DNA of 59,680 nt from Methanotrichaceae archaeon (GCA_963748825.1 CAVVKN010000017.1:1-59680), one strand, 5' to 3'. Numbered from the stretch's first letter, positions 37,891-48,602 are shown. Notes: generated from the sequence alone by a model not told the origin. Numbers and translations: made by a program.

Positions 37891-38859
37891 GTGTCTGCAC
37901 GTGATATCCTCTCATTCTTGATCTCGGGAGAGTGGGTATCTGGCGAGGAGATGGCCAAAAGGCTCGCCATCTCCCGCGCCGCCGTCTGGAAGCAGATCCA
38001 GGTCCTTCGCCAGAGAGGATATGAGATCACCGCCTTTACCGGAAAGGGCTACCGATTGGCCAAAAAGCCCGACCTTCTGGATGCGGACCGCATCTCCTGC
38101 TGCCTTAAAACAAAGTGGCTGGGAAGAGATATGCGCATCTATGCACAGGTCGGCTCCACCAACGAGGTTGCCCTCTCTCTGGCCCGCGATTGCCCGAGCG
38201 GCACCGTCATACTGGCCGAGACCCAGACACAAGGCCGCGGCAGACTCTCCCGTCCCTGGGCTTCGCCTCCCGGTGGAATCTGGATGAGTCTCATCTTAAA
38301 GCCGAAGATGCCGCTGAATCAGGTCTACCAGATAAACATGGCCGCGAGCGTAGCTCTCTGCCGTACGTTCTCCTCCATGCTCGGCCTGGAAGCGGGAATC
38401 AAGTGGCCCAACGACCTCTTGATCCGGGAGCTAAAGATCTGCGGCATCCTCATGGAGGTGGGCGCGCAGGTGGACAGGCTGGATTATGCCGTGGTGGGAC
38501 TGGGCATCAACGCCAATAATGACCCGTCCGGCTTTTCCGCCGAGTGGAGATCGACCTCTCTGGCGGCGGAGCTTTGCCATGACATCGACAGGTGCGAGCT
38601 GATTTGCCGGATTCTTGAGGAGATAGAAGTGGCATGCGAAAAGATGGAAAGCAAAGAGATCTATGAAGAATGGCGTAGCCGATCGCTCACCCTGAAGAGG
38701 CAGGTGCGCATCACCTCCGCATCAGGCGACCAGGTGGGCGAGGCCGTGGATCTGGCAGAGGACGGCGCCCTTCTCCTTCGGACCGGGGATGAGCTGAAAA
38801 GAGTGTTGGCTGGAGACTGCATTCATCTGCGAGCCATTGAAGCGGAGGGGGCGTTGTGA
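37891..38859 (+). CDS. birA: Biotin-protein ligase with N-terminal HTH
   Basis: SGEEMA..ISRAAVWKQI; STN; QTQGRGR; IKWPND; KICGIL. Confidence 0.93.
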   Translation: MSARDILSFLISGEWVSGEEMAKRLAISRAAVWKQIQVLRQRGYEITAFTGKGYRLAKKPDLLDADRISCCLKTKWLGRDMRIYAQVGSTNEVALSLARDCPSGTVILAETQTQGRGRLSRPWASPPGGIWMSLILKPKMPLNQVYQINMAASVALCRTFSSMLGLEAGIKWPNDLLIRELKICGILMEVGAQVDRLDYAVVGLGINANNDPSGFSAEWRSTSLAAELCHDIDRCELICRILEEIEVACEKMESKEIYEEWRSRSLTLKRQVRITSASGDQVGEAVDLAEDGALLLRTGDELKRVLAGDCIHLRAIEAEGAL

Positions 38860-38913
38860 GAGGCGCTATGAGCAGGAAGCTGGCTATGAATCAGGAACTT
38901 GGAGGGTGAGGAA

Positions 38914-39369
38914 ATGATGAGGACGAGAAAGGTGCGCGGCATTGCCCGGGACACGCTGCGATTCATATTAGAGGCGTCCCGTTCCTCTCTGCCGGTGGAG
39001 TTCGCAGGGCTGCTTCAGGTTGATAAGGAGATCATCACCGAGGTTCTCATCCTGCCCGGCACGGAAAGCTCCCGGATGAGCGCTCTGGTTCGGCTCTACA
39101 TGCTGCCCAACATGCAGGTGGCGGGCTCAGCACATAGCCATCCATCCGGCGATCTCAGGCCGTCCGAGCCGGACCTCATCTTTTTCTCTCGCACCGGGGA
39201 CTTTAACATCATTGTCGGCCCGCCTTTCGACGAGCAAAGCTTCGCCTGCTACGATGGCGCGGGAAGGCGGCGCGATCTGGCTATTTTAGATGTGGAGTTT
39301 AAGGACGACGGCTTTGATGATGACTTTGAGGATGAATTTGATGATGAATTCAAAGAGGACAGGCCTTGA
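38914..39369 (+). CDS. JAB/MPN (JAMM) metalloprotease domain protein with acidic tail
   Basis: EFAGLL..GSAHSHPSGDLRPSEPDL. Confidence 0.88.
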   Translation: MMRTRKVRGIARDTLRFILEASRSSLPVEFAGLLQVDKEIITEVLILPGTESSRMSALVRLYMLPNMQVAGSAHSHPSGDLRPSEPDLIFFSRTGDFNIIVGPPFDEQSFACYDGAGRRRDLAILDVEFKDDGFDDDFEDEFDDEFKEDRP

Positions 39370-39797
39370 CGCTTGTAGTCGCCACAGGCACCTTTGACCT
39401 TCTCCATCCCGGTCACGTCCTCTACCTGGAGCACTCCAGAGCGTTAGGTGACGAGCTGGTGGTAATTGTTGCCAGGGATGTGAATGTGCGCCACAAATCC
39501 AAGCCCATCCTGCCTGAGGAGCAAAGACTGAGGATGGTAGAGTCCCTCAAGGTCGTGGACAGAGCAGTGCTGGGTGAGGAGAAGGATATCTTCCGGACGG
39601 TTGAGCAGCTCAAACCGGACATAATCACATTGGGCTATGATCAGCATTTTGATGAGGCGGCTTTGCAGGCGGAACTATTTCGCCGCGGCCTCCATCCCCG
39701 GATTGTGCGCATCGAGGAGCATGAGCCCTGTCCTCTCTGCAAATCAAGCCACATTGTGACCAAGATCCTGGAGCGCTTCCGGGGGCGGCGAATCTAA
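39366..39797 (+). CDS. ribL: Archaeal FAD synthase (cytidylyltransferase family)
   Basis: ATGTFDLLHPGH, LVVIVARD, LGYDQ, C-terminal CPLC. Confidence 0.8.
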   Translation: MTLVVATGTFDLLHPGHVLYLEHSRALGDELVVIVARDVNVRHKSKPILPEEQRLRMVESLKVVDRAVLGEEKDIFRTVEQLKPDIITLGYDQHFDEAALQAELFRRGLHPRIVRIEEHEPCPLCKSSHIVTKILERFRGRRI

Positions 39798-39898
39798 GAG
39801 CATAAGGACATAACCACATCAATATCAGGAAAATGAAGACTACAGGAAAGATCGAGGAAACAATCAAATAGTCTTACAGATACATATCAAGGAAGGAC

Positions 39899-40375
39899 AT
39901 GAAGCTGAAAATTAAGATAACCGGTCCCAAAGTCCATGAGGTCGGCTACAGATACTTCCTGATGAGTAATGCCATAGACATGGGTCTCAAAGGCTTCCAC
40001 GCCCGCAATAGGACGGGCGAGAAGGGACCGGAGGTAATAACCCTGGTCGAAGGCGATGAAGAATCAATCGCAGATTTTAAGAAGCTGGTAGAGACCCAAA
40101 AGCCCGAGCACTCAAGAGTATCGAATATTGCTTTTGAGGACTTTGAGGGCGAGGTTATGAGAGCTGGTGAGTATGCCCAAGTTTGCACTTCCAACCAGCT
40201 AAACAAAGCAATTCCACTGCTATTGGACATGAGGAATGATCTCAAAGCAGTGCGGAAAACCTCTGATATGACACTGGATGAGATCAAAGGCATGAGGGAA
40301 GACATTCAACCAGGATATGCGAGACAAATGCAGGCCGATGTCAGAGCGATAAAGGAACGCTTAGGAATGCACTAA
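39899..40375 (+). CDS. Acylphosphatase-like domain protein with C-terminal helical extension
   Basis: ITGPKVHEVGYR..GLKGF..N; coiled-coil-like tail. Confidence 0.8.
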   Translation: MKLKIKITGPKVHEVGYRYFLMSNAIDMGLKGFHARNRTGEKGPEVITLVEGDEESIADFKKLVETQKPEHSRVSNIAFEDFEGEVMRAGEYAQVCTSNQLNKAIPLLLDMRNDLKAVRKTSDMTLDEIKGMREDIQPGYARQMQADVRAIKERLGMH

Positions 40376-40624
40376 GCTTGCCGCCACAATGGACGCATGT
40401 TTTTTGTGTACTTGCCTCTTCTGCCTTCGCGATTAATCTGGTGGTTTGACGGCCATCGTTGGGCCTGTGGTCGCACCTCTGAGTGGGGCGAAGGTCTTCT
40501 GATCTCTTCATTGCTCTAATGGCCTTTGCGGCTTAGACTTACAGACTCACCACGGGCACCTGAAAATAGAGAGGCCTGGAAAGGCCGTCAAGTACTTATA
40601 TGGCTCTCTCGTTTGCGGGCCTGT

Positions 40625-41089
40625 ATGGCCAGAGTTGCAGTAGGAGGCACCTTCGATCCCATTCATGATGGGCATATCTCCTTGCTGAGGCGTGCCTTTG
40701 AGTTGGGGGGAGAGGGCGAGGTGGTAATAGGCCTGACCTCCGACGAGATGGCCCGAGAGAGCAGAACCCGAGCCGTGCGCAGTTTTGAGGTAAGGGTGAA
40801 GAATCTGCGAGCGGTCGTTCTGAGGTGCTTTGGCATCGAGCATGCCAACATCATAAAGATCGACGATCAATGCGGCTCTTCCATCTATGAAGACTTTGAT
40901 TTCATTGTCGTCTCTCCGGAGACCTTGCCCATGGCTGAGAAGATCAACCGGTTGAGAGCAAAGAAAAACCTAAAGCCGCTCCAAATATCTGTGATTGAGT
41001 ATCAGATGGCTCAGGACCTTGTCCGCATAAGCTCTACCAGAATCTCTGAGGGAAAGATCGACAAGCATGGGAAGATTTTGGTTGGTTAG
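40625..41089 (+). CDS. coaD: Archaeal phosphopantetheine adenylyltransferase
   Basis: VAVGGTFDPIHDGH, IGLTSD, IVVSPET, INRLR, RISSTRI; start ATG 40625. Confidence 0.9.
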   Translation: MARVAVGGTFDPIHDGHISLLRRAFELGGEGEVVIGLTSDEMARESRTRAVRSFEVRVKNLRAVVLRCFGIEHANIIKIDDQCGSSIYEDFDFIVVSPETLPMAEKINRLRAKKNLKPLQISVIEYQMAQDLVRISSTRISEGKIDKHGKILVG

Positions 41090-41374
41090 ATTTCTGTTTT
41101 TAAATTCAGAAAAATACTATTCATGCAATACGATATTATTTTAGGATTTAGATATTTTTCTTTTGCCATCCGCAGGCCGTCGAAATCCATATCAAAAAGA
41201 TAGATAGCAGTTCCACTTAATACCTATCTTCTCTAGTAAGCACCCAGAAAACATTTCAGGGAATGCCCGATTAAAAGAGGCTTCCATTGGAAAATCTACG
41301 AAAAATATCTTAGAAGGGCCTGCAAAATCAGTCTCAGATTTTACCAGGCCCCTTTTGGCTCGCAGGCCAGATTA

Positions 41375-41447
41375 CGCCCGGACCGGGATTCGAACCCGGG
41401 TCGAAAGCTCGACAGGCTTTCATGATGGGCCACTACACCATCCGGAC
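41375..41447 (-). tRNA. tRNA-Asp (GTC)
   Basis: Cloverleaf; anticodon arm AAAGC-CTGTCGA-GCTTT; GGTTCGAATCC T-arm. Confidence 0.97.
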
Positions 41448-41457
41448 AGTTTTCAGA

Positions 41458-41565
41458 TCCCGCCTCCCAGATTCGAACCGGGGACATCGCGGTGACTGCG
41501 CGTAGCACCTCTACGGTGCGAGACATACTACAGCCGCGCACTCTACCAGGCTGAGTTAAGGCGGG
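41458..41565 (-). tRNA. tRNA-Tyr (GTA) with ~34-nt intron at canonical 37/38 position (about 41494-41527)
   Basis: C1:G72 pair, A73, CGCGG-CTGTAG[intron]A-CCGCG, GGTTCGAATCT; tandem with tRNA-Asp. Confidence 0.95.
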
Positions 41566-41690
41566 CCTCTCGCTACCAGGTTATTCCTTGTACTTAAGCC
41601 CTTCGAGCCTAACGCCCGCAAAACGCTTTTTGGTGGGAGCAGTCCTATGGCAAAATATAATTATGGGATGCGATTTCAGCGGGTGATTTG

Positions 41691-42221
41691 ATGCTCATAG
41701 GAATTATGTCCGATGCCCATGACAGTATCCAAGGCGTCAAGGATGCTCTGCGGGTTTTTTCTCAAAAGAAAGTGGATCTGGTGCTCTTTGCCGGAGACAT
41801 GATCGGCTCCGGCAACTGCTACACCTTTGAGGGCTTTGGCATTCCCGTCAAGCTTGTCTACGGAAACAACGACGGCGACCGGGTGGGTCTGGCCCGCGAA
41901 TTCGCCCGCGTGGGCGGCGAGTACCTGGGCGACTTTGGGGAGATCGAGGCAGACGGCCTGAAGATCGCCCTCCTGCACGGCACCGAGGATCCGCTGGTAA
42001 AGGCCGTGGTAGCCTCACAGCTCTACGATGTCGTGGTTCGCGGCCACAACCACTGCGCTGAGGTGACGAGGCAGGGCAAGACGCTCCTGGTCAACCCTGG
42101 CGAGATCTGGGGCCACTTCACGGGCCTCTCCAGCATCGCCATCCTGGACACCGCCGGCCTGCAGGTGGAGATGATTGAACTGGGCCGCTTCAAGACCTTC
42201 CGTGAGATCATCAAAGAATGA
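41691..42221 (+). CDS. Metallophosphoesterase, MJ0936/YfcE family
   Basis: SDAHD, AGD, GNND, LHG, GHNH, NPG. Confidence 0.9.
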   Translation: MLIGIMSDAHDSIQGVKDALRVFSQKKVDLVLFAGDMIGSGNCYTFEGFGIPVKLVYGNNDGDRVGLAREFARVGGEYLGDFGEIEADGLKIALLHGTEDPLVKAVVASQLYDVVVRGHNHCAEVTRQGKTLLVNPGEIWGHFTGLSSIAILDTAGLQVEMIELGRFKTFREIIKE

Positions 42222-42664
42222 CGTCCGGTACCTTCGCTCCATCTTTGGGCTGCTATCTACTCATAGAATGGCAGGGCGAGATGGTAAAGAGGATCTATTT
42301 TTCCCAGGAAATGCCCGTCGATCGATCTGAGCTGGCGGAGGAGATCGCCGCCCATCTGGAAAGCGGCGCGCCCTGCCCAAAAGCCGAGTTGGACATGTCC
42401 GCATGTACCGATTTTCAAAAACAGATTTATGCACTGGTGCAGGCGATCCCGCGCGGCCGGACCATGACCTACGGCAAGGTTGCGGCATGCGCGGGCAAGC
42501 CGGGGGCGGCGCGGGCCGTGGGCCGGGCCATGGCCACGAATCCTTTTGCCATTCTCGTGCCCTGTCACCGCGTTGTCGCCAAGAAGGGCTTGGGTGGATA
42601 TCTTTGGGGCACAGAGATGAAGGAGAAGCTACTCCGTCTGGAAAGGGTGTCGAGTGCGCAATAA
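42218..42664 (+). CDS. ogt: Methylated-DNA--protein-cysteine methyltransferase
   Basis: TDFQ..IPRG..TYG..ARAVG..VPCHRV. Confidence 0.92.
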   Translation: MTSGTFAPSLGCYLLIEWQGEMVKRIYFSQEMPVDRSELAEEIAAHLESGAPCPKAELDMSACTDFQKQIYALVQAIPRGRTMTYGKVAACAGKPGAARAVGRAMATNPFAILVPCHRVVAKKGLGGYLWGTEMKEKLLRLERVSSAQ

Positions 42665-42874
42665 TTCGAGCAGGCTATGAAGTTCTACATCCTTGTGTGA
42701 GACGATAGTCTTACTGTACAGGGCCTATGCACAGCCACACCAGGCCGCCACCACACACGCGCGCGGGGGGCGGAAGCCGCACAGAGCCGGGGACGTGGTC
42801 TGGAGCAGGCAGCGGATGTCAGTCCAAAGATTCATATCCAACCATCAGCATAATAGTAAGAGAGGCATATTAGC

Positions 42875-43027
42875 ATGGCACGGCCAATAGAATTGGGCTT
42901 AATCCTGGAAGGCGAAGATGCAGAAGAGTTCTTAGAGGATATTAGGAACCCCAAAAAGCCCACTAAAGAGCAGATGGAGATGTTTCGGGAAGCCATCCGG
43001 ATATACAAAGAGCATCCAGTTGCATGA
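42875..43027 (+). CDS. Small 50-aa putative antitoxin (absent from ORF track)
   Basis: MARPIELGLILEGEDAEEFLEDIRNPKKPTKEQMEMFREAIRIYKEHPVA; GAGG RBS; ATGA overlap with GNAT gene. Confidence 0.8.
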   Translation: MARPIELGLILEGEDAEEFLEDIRNPKKPTKEQMEMFREAIRIYKEHPVA

Positions 43028-43572
43028 AGCCCATTCCACTCGATGAGCTTCGTGTGGAATATCTAAGAGAGAGCCATGACATCTCGTTTTTTAGTTGCAG
43101 CAATGACGACCTGAACGATTTCCTGAAGAGTGATGCAAAGAAATCCCAAGCGGATCTGATAAGCAGGACCTATCTCTGTCTTTGGCAAAAAAGCATACTG
43201 GGCTACCTGACGCTTGTCACGGATACGATTGAAGTCAAGCTGATAGAAAAAGACGATGGCGTGGATGGCTATCCCTATCCTCGTTATCCCTCCATAAAAA
43301 TTGCCAGGTTGGCTGTTGAGGAGAGGTTTGAGGGATGTGGCATAGGGCGCTTTCTGTTTTTTTGGGCTACAGGTAAGGTTTACCAGTTGTCTAACGAGGT
43401 CGGATGCAGGTACATAACCCTGGACTCGAAACGCGAATCTCTTGGCTTTTATGAAAAGTTCGGGTTTAAGGTGATAATGAAATATGCAAGCCGCAACTTC
43501 CCGCCCATGTACCTCAACATGTATCCAATAGTCTTGCAGATGCGGCAAGAAGACTCTGAGAGTGTCACGTGA
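43024..43572 (+). CDS. GNAT acetyltransferase, TacT/AtaT-like toxin
   Basis: FSCSNDDLNDFL..GYLTL..PSIKIARLAV..GCGIG..GCRYITLDS..FYEKFGF. Confidence 0.85.
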   Translation: MKPIPLDELRVEYLRESHDISFFSCSNDDLNDFLKSDAKKSQADLISRTYLCLWQKSILGYLTLVTDTIEVKLIEKDDGVDGYPYPRYPSIKIARLAVEERFEGCGIGRFLFFWATGKVYQLSNEVGCRYITLDSKRESLGFYEKFGFKVIMKYASRNFPPMYLNMYPIVLQMRQEDSESVT

Positions 43573-43885
43573 TGTCCGGCTGCTCAAGCTGGATGCCGAT
43601 GGCCACGCTTGTCCCACTGCCCAACGATACGAGCTAGGCTGCGCCCGCTCGCCATCCTTGCGGGGGCACACAGACGCGCCCCTGGCGGGTCTTCGCCATC
43701 GGGCCACGGACTCCCTATAGCCACACTAGGCCGCCGCACAGGCGCACGCGGGCGGGGACAGCACGTGCATCCACAAGATCTCATCCGAATGAAATCGAGA
43801 TTGACTTTTCTTGCCCCAAGAGAAGGAATAAATAATTTGCATTGCATTTCTGGCTATTGGCGATTGGATCACAGGGGCGAATAGC

Positions 43886-44176
43886 TTGGATATTTATAAT
43901 AAACTGCAAGAGCGCCGTGCAGAGATATTAGCTATCGCTGCAAAACACGGAGCCTACAACGTCCGCGTCTTCGGCTCCGTAGCCAGACATGAGGCGGACT
44001 CAGCAAGCGACCTCGACCTGCTTGTGGAGATGGAGCCGGAAAGGAGCCTTCTCGATCTAGGTGGACTGCTCATGGACCTTCAGGAGCTTCTCGGCTGCCC
44101 TGTTGACGTCGTGACCGAGAAGGGGCTCCGAGGACGTATCCGTGAGCGCGTCCTCAACGAGGCCACTGAATTATGA
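43886..44176 (+). CDS. Minimal nucleotidyltransferase (MNT) antitoxin
   Basis: [25 protein letters not shown]. Confidence 0.88.
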   Translation: MDIYNKLQERRAEILAIAAKHGAYNVRVFGSVARHEADSASDLDLLVEMEPERSLLDLGGLLMDLQELLGCPVDVVTEKGLRGRIRERVLNEATEL

Positions 44177-44290
44177 GGAATATTTTGGTCCACCGCTATT
44201 TTGACTTGGATACGGATCTGGTCTGAAGGCAGTAATGAGAGATCTGCCTGATCTAAAGGTAAAAGTGAGATCGGCCTTAGTGGAAGATGA
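44173..44290 (+). pseudogene. Internally deleted and frameshifted HepT/DUF86 toxin remnant
   Basis: ATGA overlap with MNT stop, directly [17 protein letters not shown] (Rx4H region), then shifted KAVMRDLPDLK. Confidence 0.75.
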
Positions 44291-44317
44291 CAAAGCCCTC
44301 TTTTTGAAACCTGAGTC

Positions 44318-45325
44318 TCACGTTTTATCAGTTGAGTGAGTGGCATGGCTGAGGTTTATGGTCAGCTCGCCTATGTTCATGATGTAGTCAAGCATGCGCT
44401 CCAGACTGCTCGCCAGGACCAGCCTAACCAGCATCTCCGATTTGTCTTTGCTGCCGGATGATTTGGCTATCCCCTCTGCATGCTTCTGAACCTCTCGGAT
44501 CCTATCGATAAGCTCATTGGCCTTGTTGGAGTTGGTCTGCAGCAAATAGGATATAGAGTCATCAAGCAGGCCGCATAGCAATGAATCCATGCGGGAAAGC
44601 TCCTGTTTCAAATCCTCGGGCAGGTTGTAGCTTCGCTGGCTGGCGATCTCGGCAATGCGATGGGCATGGTCCGCTATTCGTTCCAGGTTGGACGCCGCCT
44701 GCATATAATTGAAAGCAGTAATGGGATTGAGAGTCTCTTGCCTCACAGAGCCCGATCTCAGGACCTCAGTGAACTGGCGAGAGATAAGAAGGTTGAGCCG
44801 GTCCACGTCATTGTCCCTTTGGATCACATCAATCGCCAGATCTTCATTATTATTTAAAAGGCTCGAGAGTGAATCGGTGATCATAGATTTCACTATGGTT
44901 CTGATTCTTTTTAGTGCCCGCTCGGACTGAAGCTCCTCGGAGCTTAACAGATCCTGAATGACAACCTTGTTTATAGTCTCTTCCAGGATCTCGGGGCCGA
45001 TGAGCTTGTTGACGATCTGGTGCAGGTCCTTCTTTTGCAGAGAGGACATGTGCCCGGACATCACTTCAATCGTTCTATAGCCACCCACGTAGCATCCAAT
45101 GATATCCCTTACCAGATGCTCTCCCATTTTGTCGCCAATATCGAGGCGCACTCGCAGGTCGCGCTCGGATCGATCCGTGGACAGTGTGAGAGATCCATTA
45201 TCCCCCTGATTAATGTAGATTATCGAACCGGCAGAAATGCCGTTCTTTGTCGCCCAACTTTTGGGAAGGGAGACGATAAAGGTCGACTTGCCGGTTCTCT
45301 GTACCTTTCTTGTGTCCATAAGCAA
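44318..45325 (-). CDS. Phosphate uptake regulator: AbrB-like N-terminal domain plus PhoU domains
   Basis: RKVQRTGKSTFIVSLPKSW; DNDVDRL; LERIADHA. Confidence 0.9.
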   Translation of the reverse strand: MLMDTRKVQRTGKSTFIVSLPKSWATKNGISAGSIIYINQGDNGSLTLSTDRSERDLRVRLDIGDKMGEHLVRDIIGCYVGGYRTIEVMSGHMSSLQKKDLHQIVNKLIGPEILEETINKVVIQDLLSSEELQSERALKRIRTIVKSMITDSLSSLLNNNEDLAIDVIQRDNDVDRLNLLISRQFTEVLRSGSVRQETLNPITAFNYMQAASNLERIADHAHRIAEIASQRSYNLPEDLKQELSRMDSLLCGLLDDSISYLLQTNSNKANELIDRIREVQKHAEGIAKSSGSKDKSEMLVRLVLASSLERMLDYIMNIGELTINLSHATHSTDKT

Positions 45326-45327
45326 TC

Positions 45328-45987
45328 CTAATTGAGATGTTCTCTCTTTGCTTCCACCATATAGACGATTGTCTCACAAATATTGCAGATATGATCGCCG
45401 GTCCTTTCCAGATGCCGGTTCACCATAAGCAGAGCCGTTCCTTCATTGATCACTTCAGGTGTTTCAATAATTATTTTCAAGAGCTTGGTTCTGGCTTTGA
45501 CGTAAAGCCCATCGATCTCATAATCCCATTTGGTGACCTGTCTGGCCAAATCCGCGTCGCTATTCATGAGGGCTTCCATGGACTGGTCGAGCATCTTTTT
45601 GCTGATCTCTGCCATGCGAGGAATATACTCCAGCTTTGTTATCTGAATCTTATTTTGCGATTGTGTGGTAACTCTGGCCACATCTACGGCCAAGTCGCCG
45701 ATCCTCTCTAGATCGATGCAAATCTTCAGGATGCCGATAATGCGTCTCAGATCCTTGGCCATCGGTTGCTGCAAAGCCAGGAGCTCCATGCATAGATTCT
45801 CTATCTTCAGGCCCAAATCATCCATTTCTTGATCCTGTTTGATGACCTCTCGGGCCAGATCCACATTTGCATCACGCAAGGCTAAAACAGATTTATCTAT
45901 AGCTCCTCCACCCCGATCCGCTAGCTCTTTTGTAAGATTTTTTAGCTCATTCAGATCTCTGTGATACCGCTCACGATACGGGCTCAT
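45328..45987 (-). CDS. phoU: Phosphate signalling protein PhoU
   Basis: LALQQPMAKDLR, DLERIGD, LERTGDH. Confidence 0.93.
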   Translation of the reverse strand: MSPYRERYHRDLNELKNLTKELADRGGGAIDKSVLALRDANVDLAREVIKQDQEMDDLGLKIENLCMELLALQQPMAKDLRRIIGILKICIDLERIGDLAVDVARVTTQSQNKIQITKLEYIPRMAEISKKMLDQSMEALMNSDADLARQVTKWDYEIDGLYVKARTKLLKIIIETPEVINEGTALLMVNRHLERTGDHICNICETIVYMVEAKREHLN

Positions 45988-46021
45988 CTTACCTCTCCCC
46001 CAAAACTTCAGCTAACCTTCC

Positions 46022-46768
46022 CTAGCCAAACCTTCCTGTGATATAATCTTCAGTGCTCTTCATCTTCGGAATCTCGAAGATGCGTTTTGTCTCTCCCACC
46101 TCGATCAGCTCACCGAGCAAGAAGAAGGCAGTGCAGTCCGAGATCCTGGCCGCTTGCTGCATGTTATGGGTCACAATCACCTGGGTATAGTTGTCCTTCA
46201 GGATCTCCATGAGGCTCTCGATCTTGCCGGTGGAGATGGGATCTAGAGCGCTGCATGGTTCATCAAATAAGATAACATCCGGCTTCATGGCCAGGGTCCT
46301 GGCGATGCACAGCCTCTGCTGCTGGCCACCGGATAGACCCAAAGCCGGCTGGTCCAGCCTCTCGCTGGCCTCCTCCCAGAGGGCGGCATCCCTCAGACTG
46401 CGCTCTACAATTTTGTCAACATTTTTCTGCCCATGAATTCTGGGGCCATAGGCAATATTGTCGTAAATGGACATGGGGAAAGGGTTAGGTTTTTGAAATA
46501 CCATGCCGATCCTCTTACGCAGTTCTACGACATCGACATCTTTTCCATAAATATCGATATCGTCATAGAGGACCTGACCCTCAATGCGAATCTTGGCCAC
46601 GAGATCGTTCATCCGGTTCAGACAGCGGATAAAAGTTGACTTGCCGCAGCCCGAAGGGCCAATGAGTGCAGTAATTTTTTTCTCAGGAATTTTCAGGCTT
46701 ATATCCTTGAGAGCCTGCTTTTCTCCATACCAGAGATTTAGATTATTTGAGATGATCTTCGATGTCAC
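46022..46768 (-). CDS. pstB: Phosphate ABC transporter ATP-binding protein
   Basis: [47 protein letters not shown]. Confidence 0.96.
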   Translation of the reverse strand: MTSKIISNNLNLWYGEKQALKDISLKIPEKKITALIGPSGCGKSTFIRCLNRMNDLVAKIRIEGQVLYDDIDIYGKDVDVVELRKRIGMVFQKPNPFPMSIYDNIAYGPRIHGQKNVDKIVERSLRDAALWEEASERLDQPALGLSGGQQQRLCIARTLAMKPDVILFDEPCSALDPISTGKIESLMEILKDNYTQVIVTHNMQQAARISDCTAFFLLGELIEVGETKRIFEIPKMKSTEDYITGRFG

Positions 46769-46833
46769 CGCAGATCCCTTTTAATATCATTTGCTGAATT
46801 GGCATTTGTCCTAATTGCTTGACCGAGAGAGGA

Positions 46834-46864
46834 CTATATAGATCTTCCTATATAGACTATATAT
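46834..46864. promoter_or_regulatory. Repeated CTATATA(G) boxes upstream of pstB
   Basis: CTATATAG at 46834 and 46848, CTATATAT at 46857. Confidence 0.4.
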
Positions 46865-46961
46865 ATCCTGTGATGTATACAAATGCTGTCCAAAATCATG
46901 CGAATCTTTTATATAGAACTTCAAACTGGTAGTATGAAAAAAGTCGGGGAGGACTATAGGT

Positions 46962-48602
46962 TTGGCAGGTTTGAGCGGCGTACCGATAATTATAATGAAA
47001 GAAGGAAGCAAGAGAGATACAGGTAAAGAAGCGCAGCGTAGGAACATCTTAGCTGCAAAGGCGGTCGCAGAGGCTGTTCGGACCACCCTTGGACCCAAAG
47101 GGATGGACAAGATGCTCATCGCTGGCGAAGAGGCAACCATCACCAATGACGGAGCCACCATTCTCAGAGAGATGGATATTGAGCACCCAGTGGCCAAGAT
47201 GATTGTCGAGGTGGCAAAAGCCCAGGACGATGAGATTGGAGACGGCACCACCACCGCGGTGATAATCGCTGGCAAGCTACTGGAAAAGGCAGAAGCGCTA
47301 CTGGATCAGGATGTCCACCCCACAGTCATCGTGCAGGGATATAAGCAAGCTGCAGCCAGGGCGCAAAAAGTGCTTTCCGAGATGGCCATAGACGTATCAG
47401 GCGACGAGCGCGTGCTATTGAAGATTGCCCAGACAGCCATGCGAGGAAAGGGCATAGAGATCGCCATGGATACGCTGGCAAAAATCTCCGTGGATGCAGC
47501 ACGAGCCGTGACCGGTTTTGAGGGCAAGGACATTGAAGAGAATGTCAAGATCGTCCTGATCCCGGGCGGCAGAATCGATGACTCGGTCATAAACTACGGC
47601 ATAGTAATCGAGAAAGAGAGAACATCCCTGGAGATGCCAAAGCGCATAGAGAAGGCCAAAATTATGCTCCTGGAAGGTACTCTCGAGCTGAAGAAGCTGG
47701 ATACTGATGCCAAGGTCACTATTACTGATGCCAAGAATCTCGCCAGCTTCAAAGAGGGCGAGGAGTTGGTTATCAAGTCTCAGGTTGATGCCATTGTCAC
47801 AGCCGGAGCCAATGTTGTCTTCTGCGAGAAGGGCATAGGGGTTACTGCCCAAAACTATCTGGCAAGGCTTGGAATTTTAGCTGTTCGCCGGGTCAAGAGA
47901 GAAGATCTGAAGATGCTGGCATTGGCCACGGGGGCAAGGCTGGTAGGCGACGTGATGGTCGTCACTTCCAAGGATCTGGGATCGGCGGCTCTTGTGGAAG
48001 AGCGCAAGATCGGAAAAGACAAGCACATGATCTTCGTGGAGGGCTGCGAGAAGGCCAAGGCCGTATCCATCATCCTGCACGGTGTCTCGGAGCAGTTCTT
48101 AGAGGAGATGGAACGCGCCCTGGATGATGCCCTTAATGTGGTAATGGACGTCATTCGCACCGGAAAGATTGTGCCTGGCGGAGGCGCTCCGGAGATCGTT
48201 GTGGCCGAGAATCTGAGACAGTATGCATCCACCCTGGAAGGGCGAGAGCAATTGGCCGTTCGGGCTTTTGCCGATGCTGTGGAGTCCATCCCCCTGACCC
48301 TGGCTGAGAACTCAGGTTTCGATCCCGTGGACAGCTTAGCGGCTCTGAGAGCCAAGAGCGGTCAGGGCATGAAGAACTTCGGGCTGAACCTAATAACGGG
48401 TGAGCCTGCGGATATGCTGGCCCTGGGCGTTGTAGAGCCGTTAAAGGTAAAAACCCAGGCGATCAAATCTGCAACCGAAGCTGCCACCATGGTTTTACGG
48501 GTGGATGATGTCATAGCTGCCAAGAGAGAAGAGATGGCACCCAAGCCCGGCCAGAGCCCGCATGACTACACCATGCCTCCGATGCAGATGCCTCACTACT
48601 AA
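46962..48602 (+). CDS. ths: Thermosome (group II chaperonin) subunit
   Basis: [36 protein letters not shown]. Confidence 0.95.
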   Translation: MAGLSGVPIIIMKEGSKRDTGKEAQRRNILAAKAVAEAVRTTLGPKGMDKMLIAGEEATITNDGATILREMDIEHPVAKMIVEVAKAQDDEIGDGTTTAVIIAGKLLEKAEALLDQDVHPTVIVQGYKQAAARAQKVLSEMAIDVSGDERVLLKIAQTAMRGKGIEIAMDTLAKISVDAARAVTGFEGKDIEENVKIVLIPGGRIDDSVINYGIVIEKERTSLEMPKRIEKAKIMLLEGTLELKKLDTDAKVTITDAKNLASFKEGEELVIKSQVDAIVTAGANVVFCEKGIGVTAQNYLARLGILAVRRVKREDLKMLALATGARLVGDVMVVTSKDLGSAALVEERKIGKDKHMIFVEGCEKAKAVSIILHGVSEQFLEEMERALDDALNVVMDVIRTGKIVPGGGAPEIVVAENLRQYASTLEGREQLAVRAFADAVESIPLTLAENSGFDPVDSLAALRAKSGQGMKNFGLNLITGEPADMLALGVVEPLKVKTQAIKSATEAATMVLRVDDVIAAKREEMAPKPGQSPHDYTMPPMQMPHY

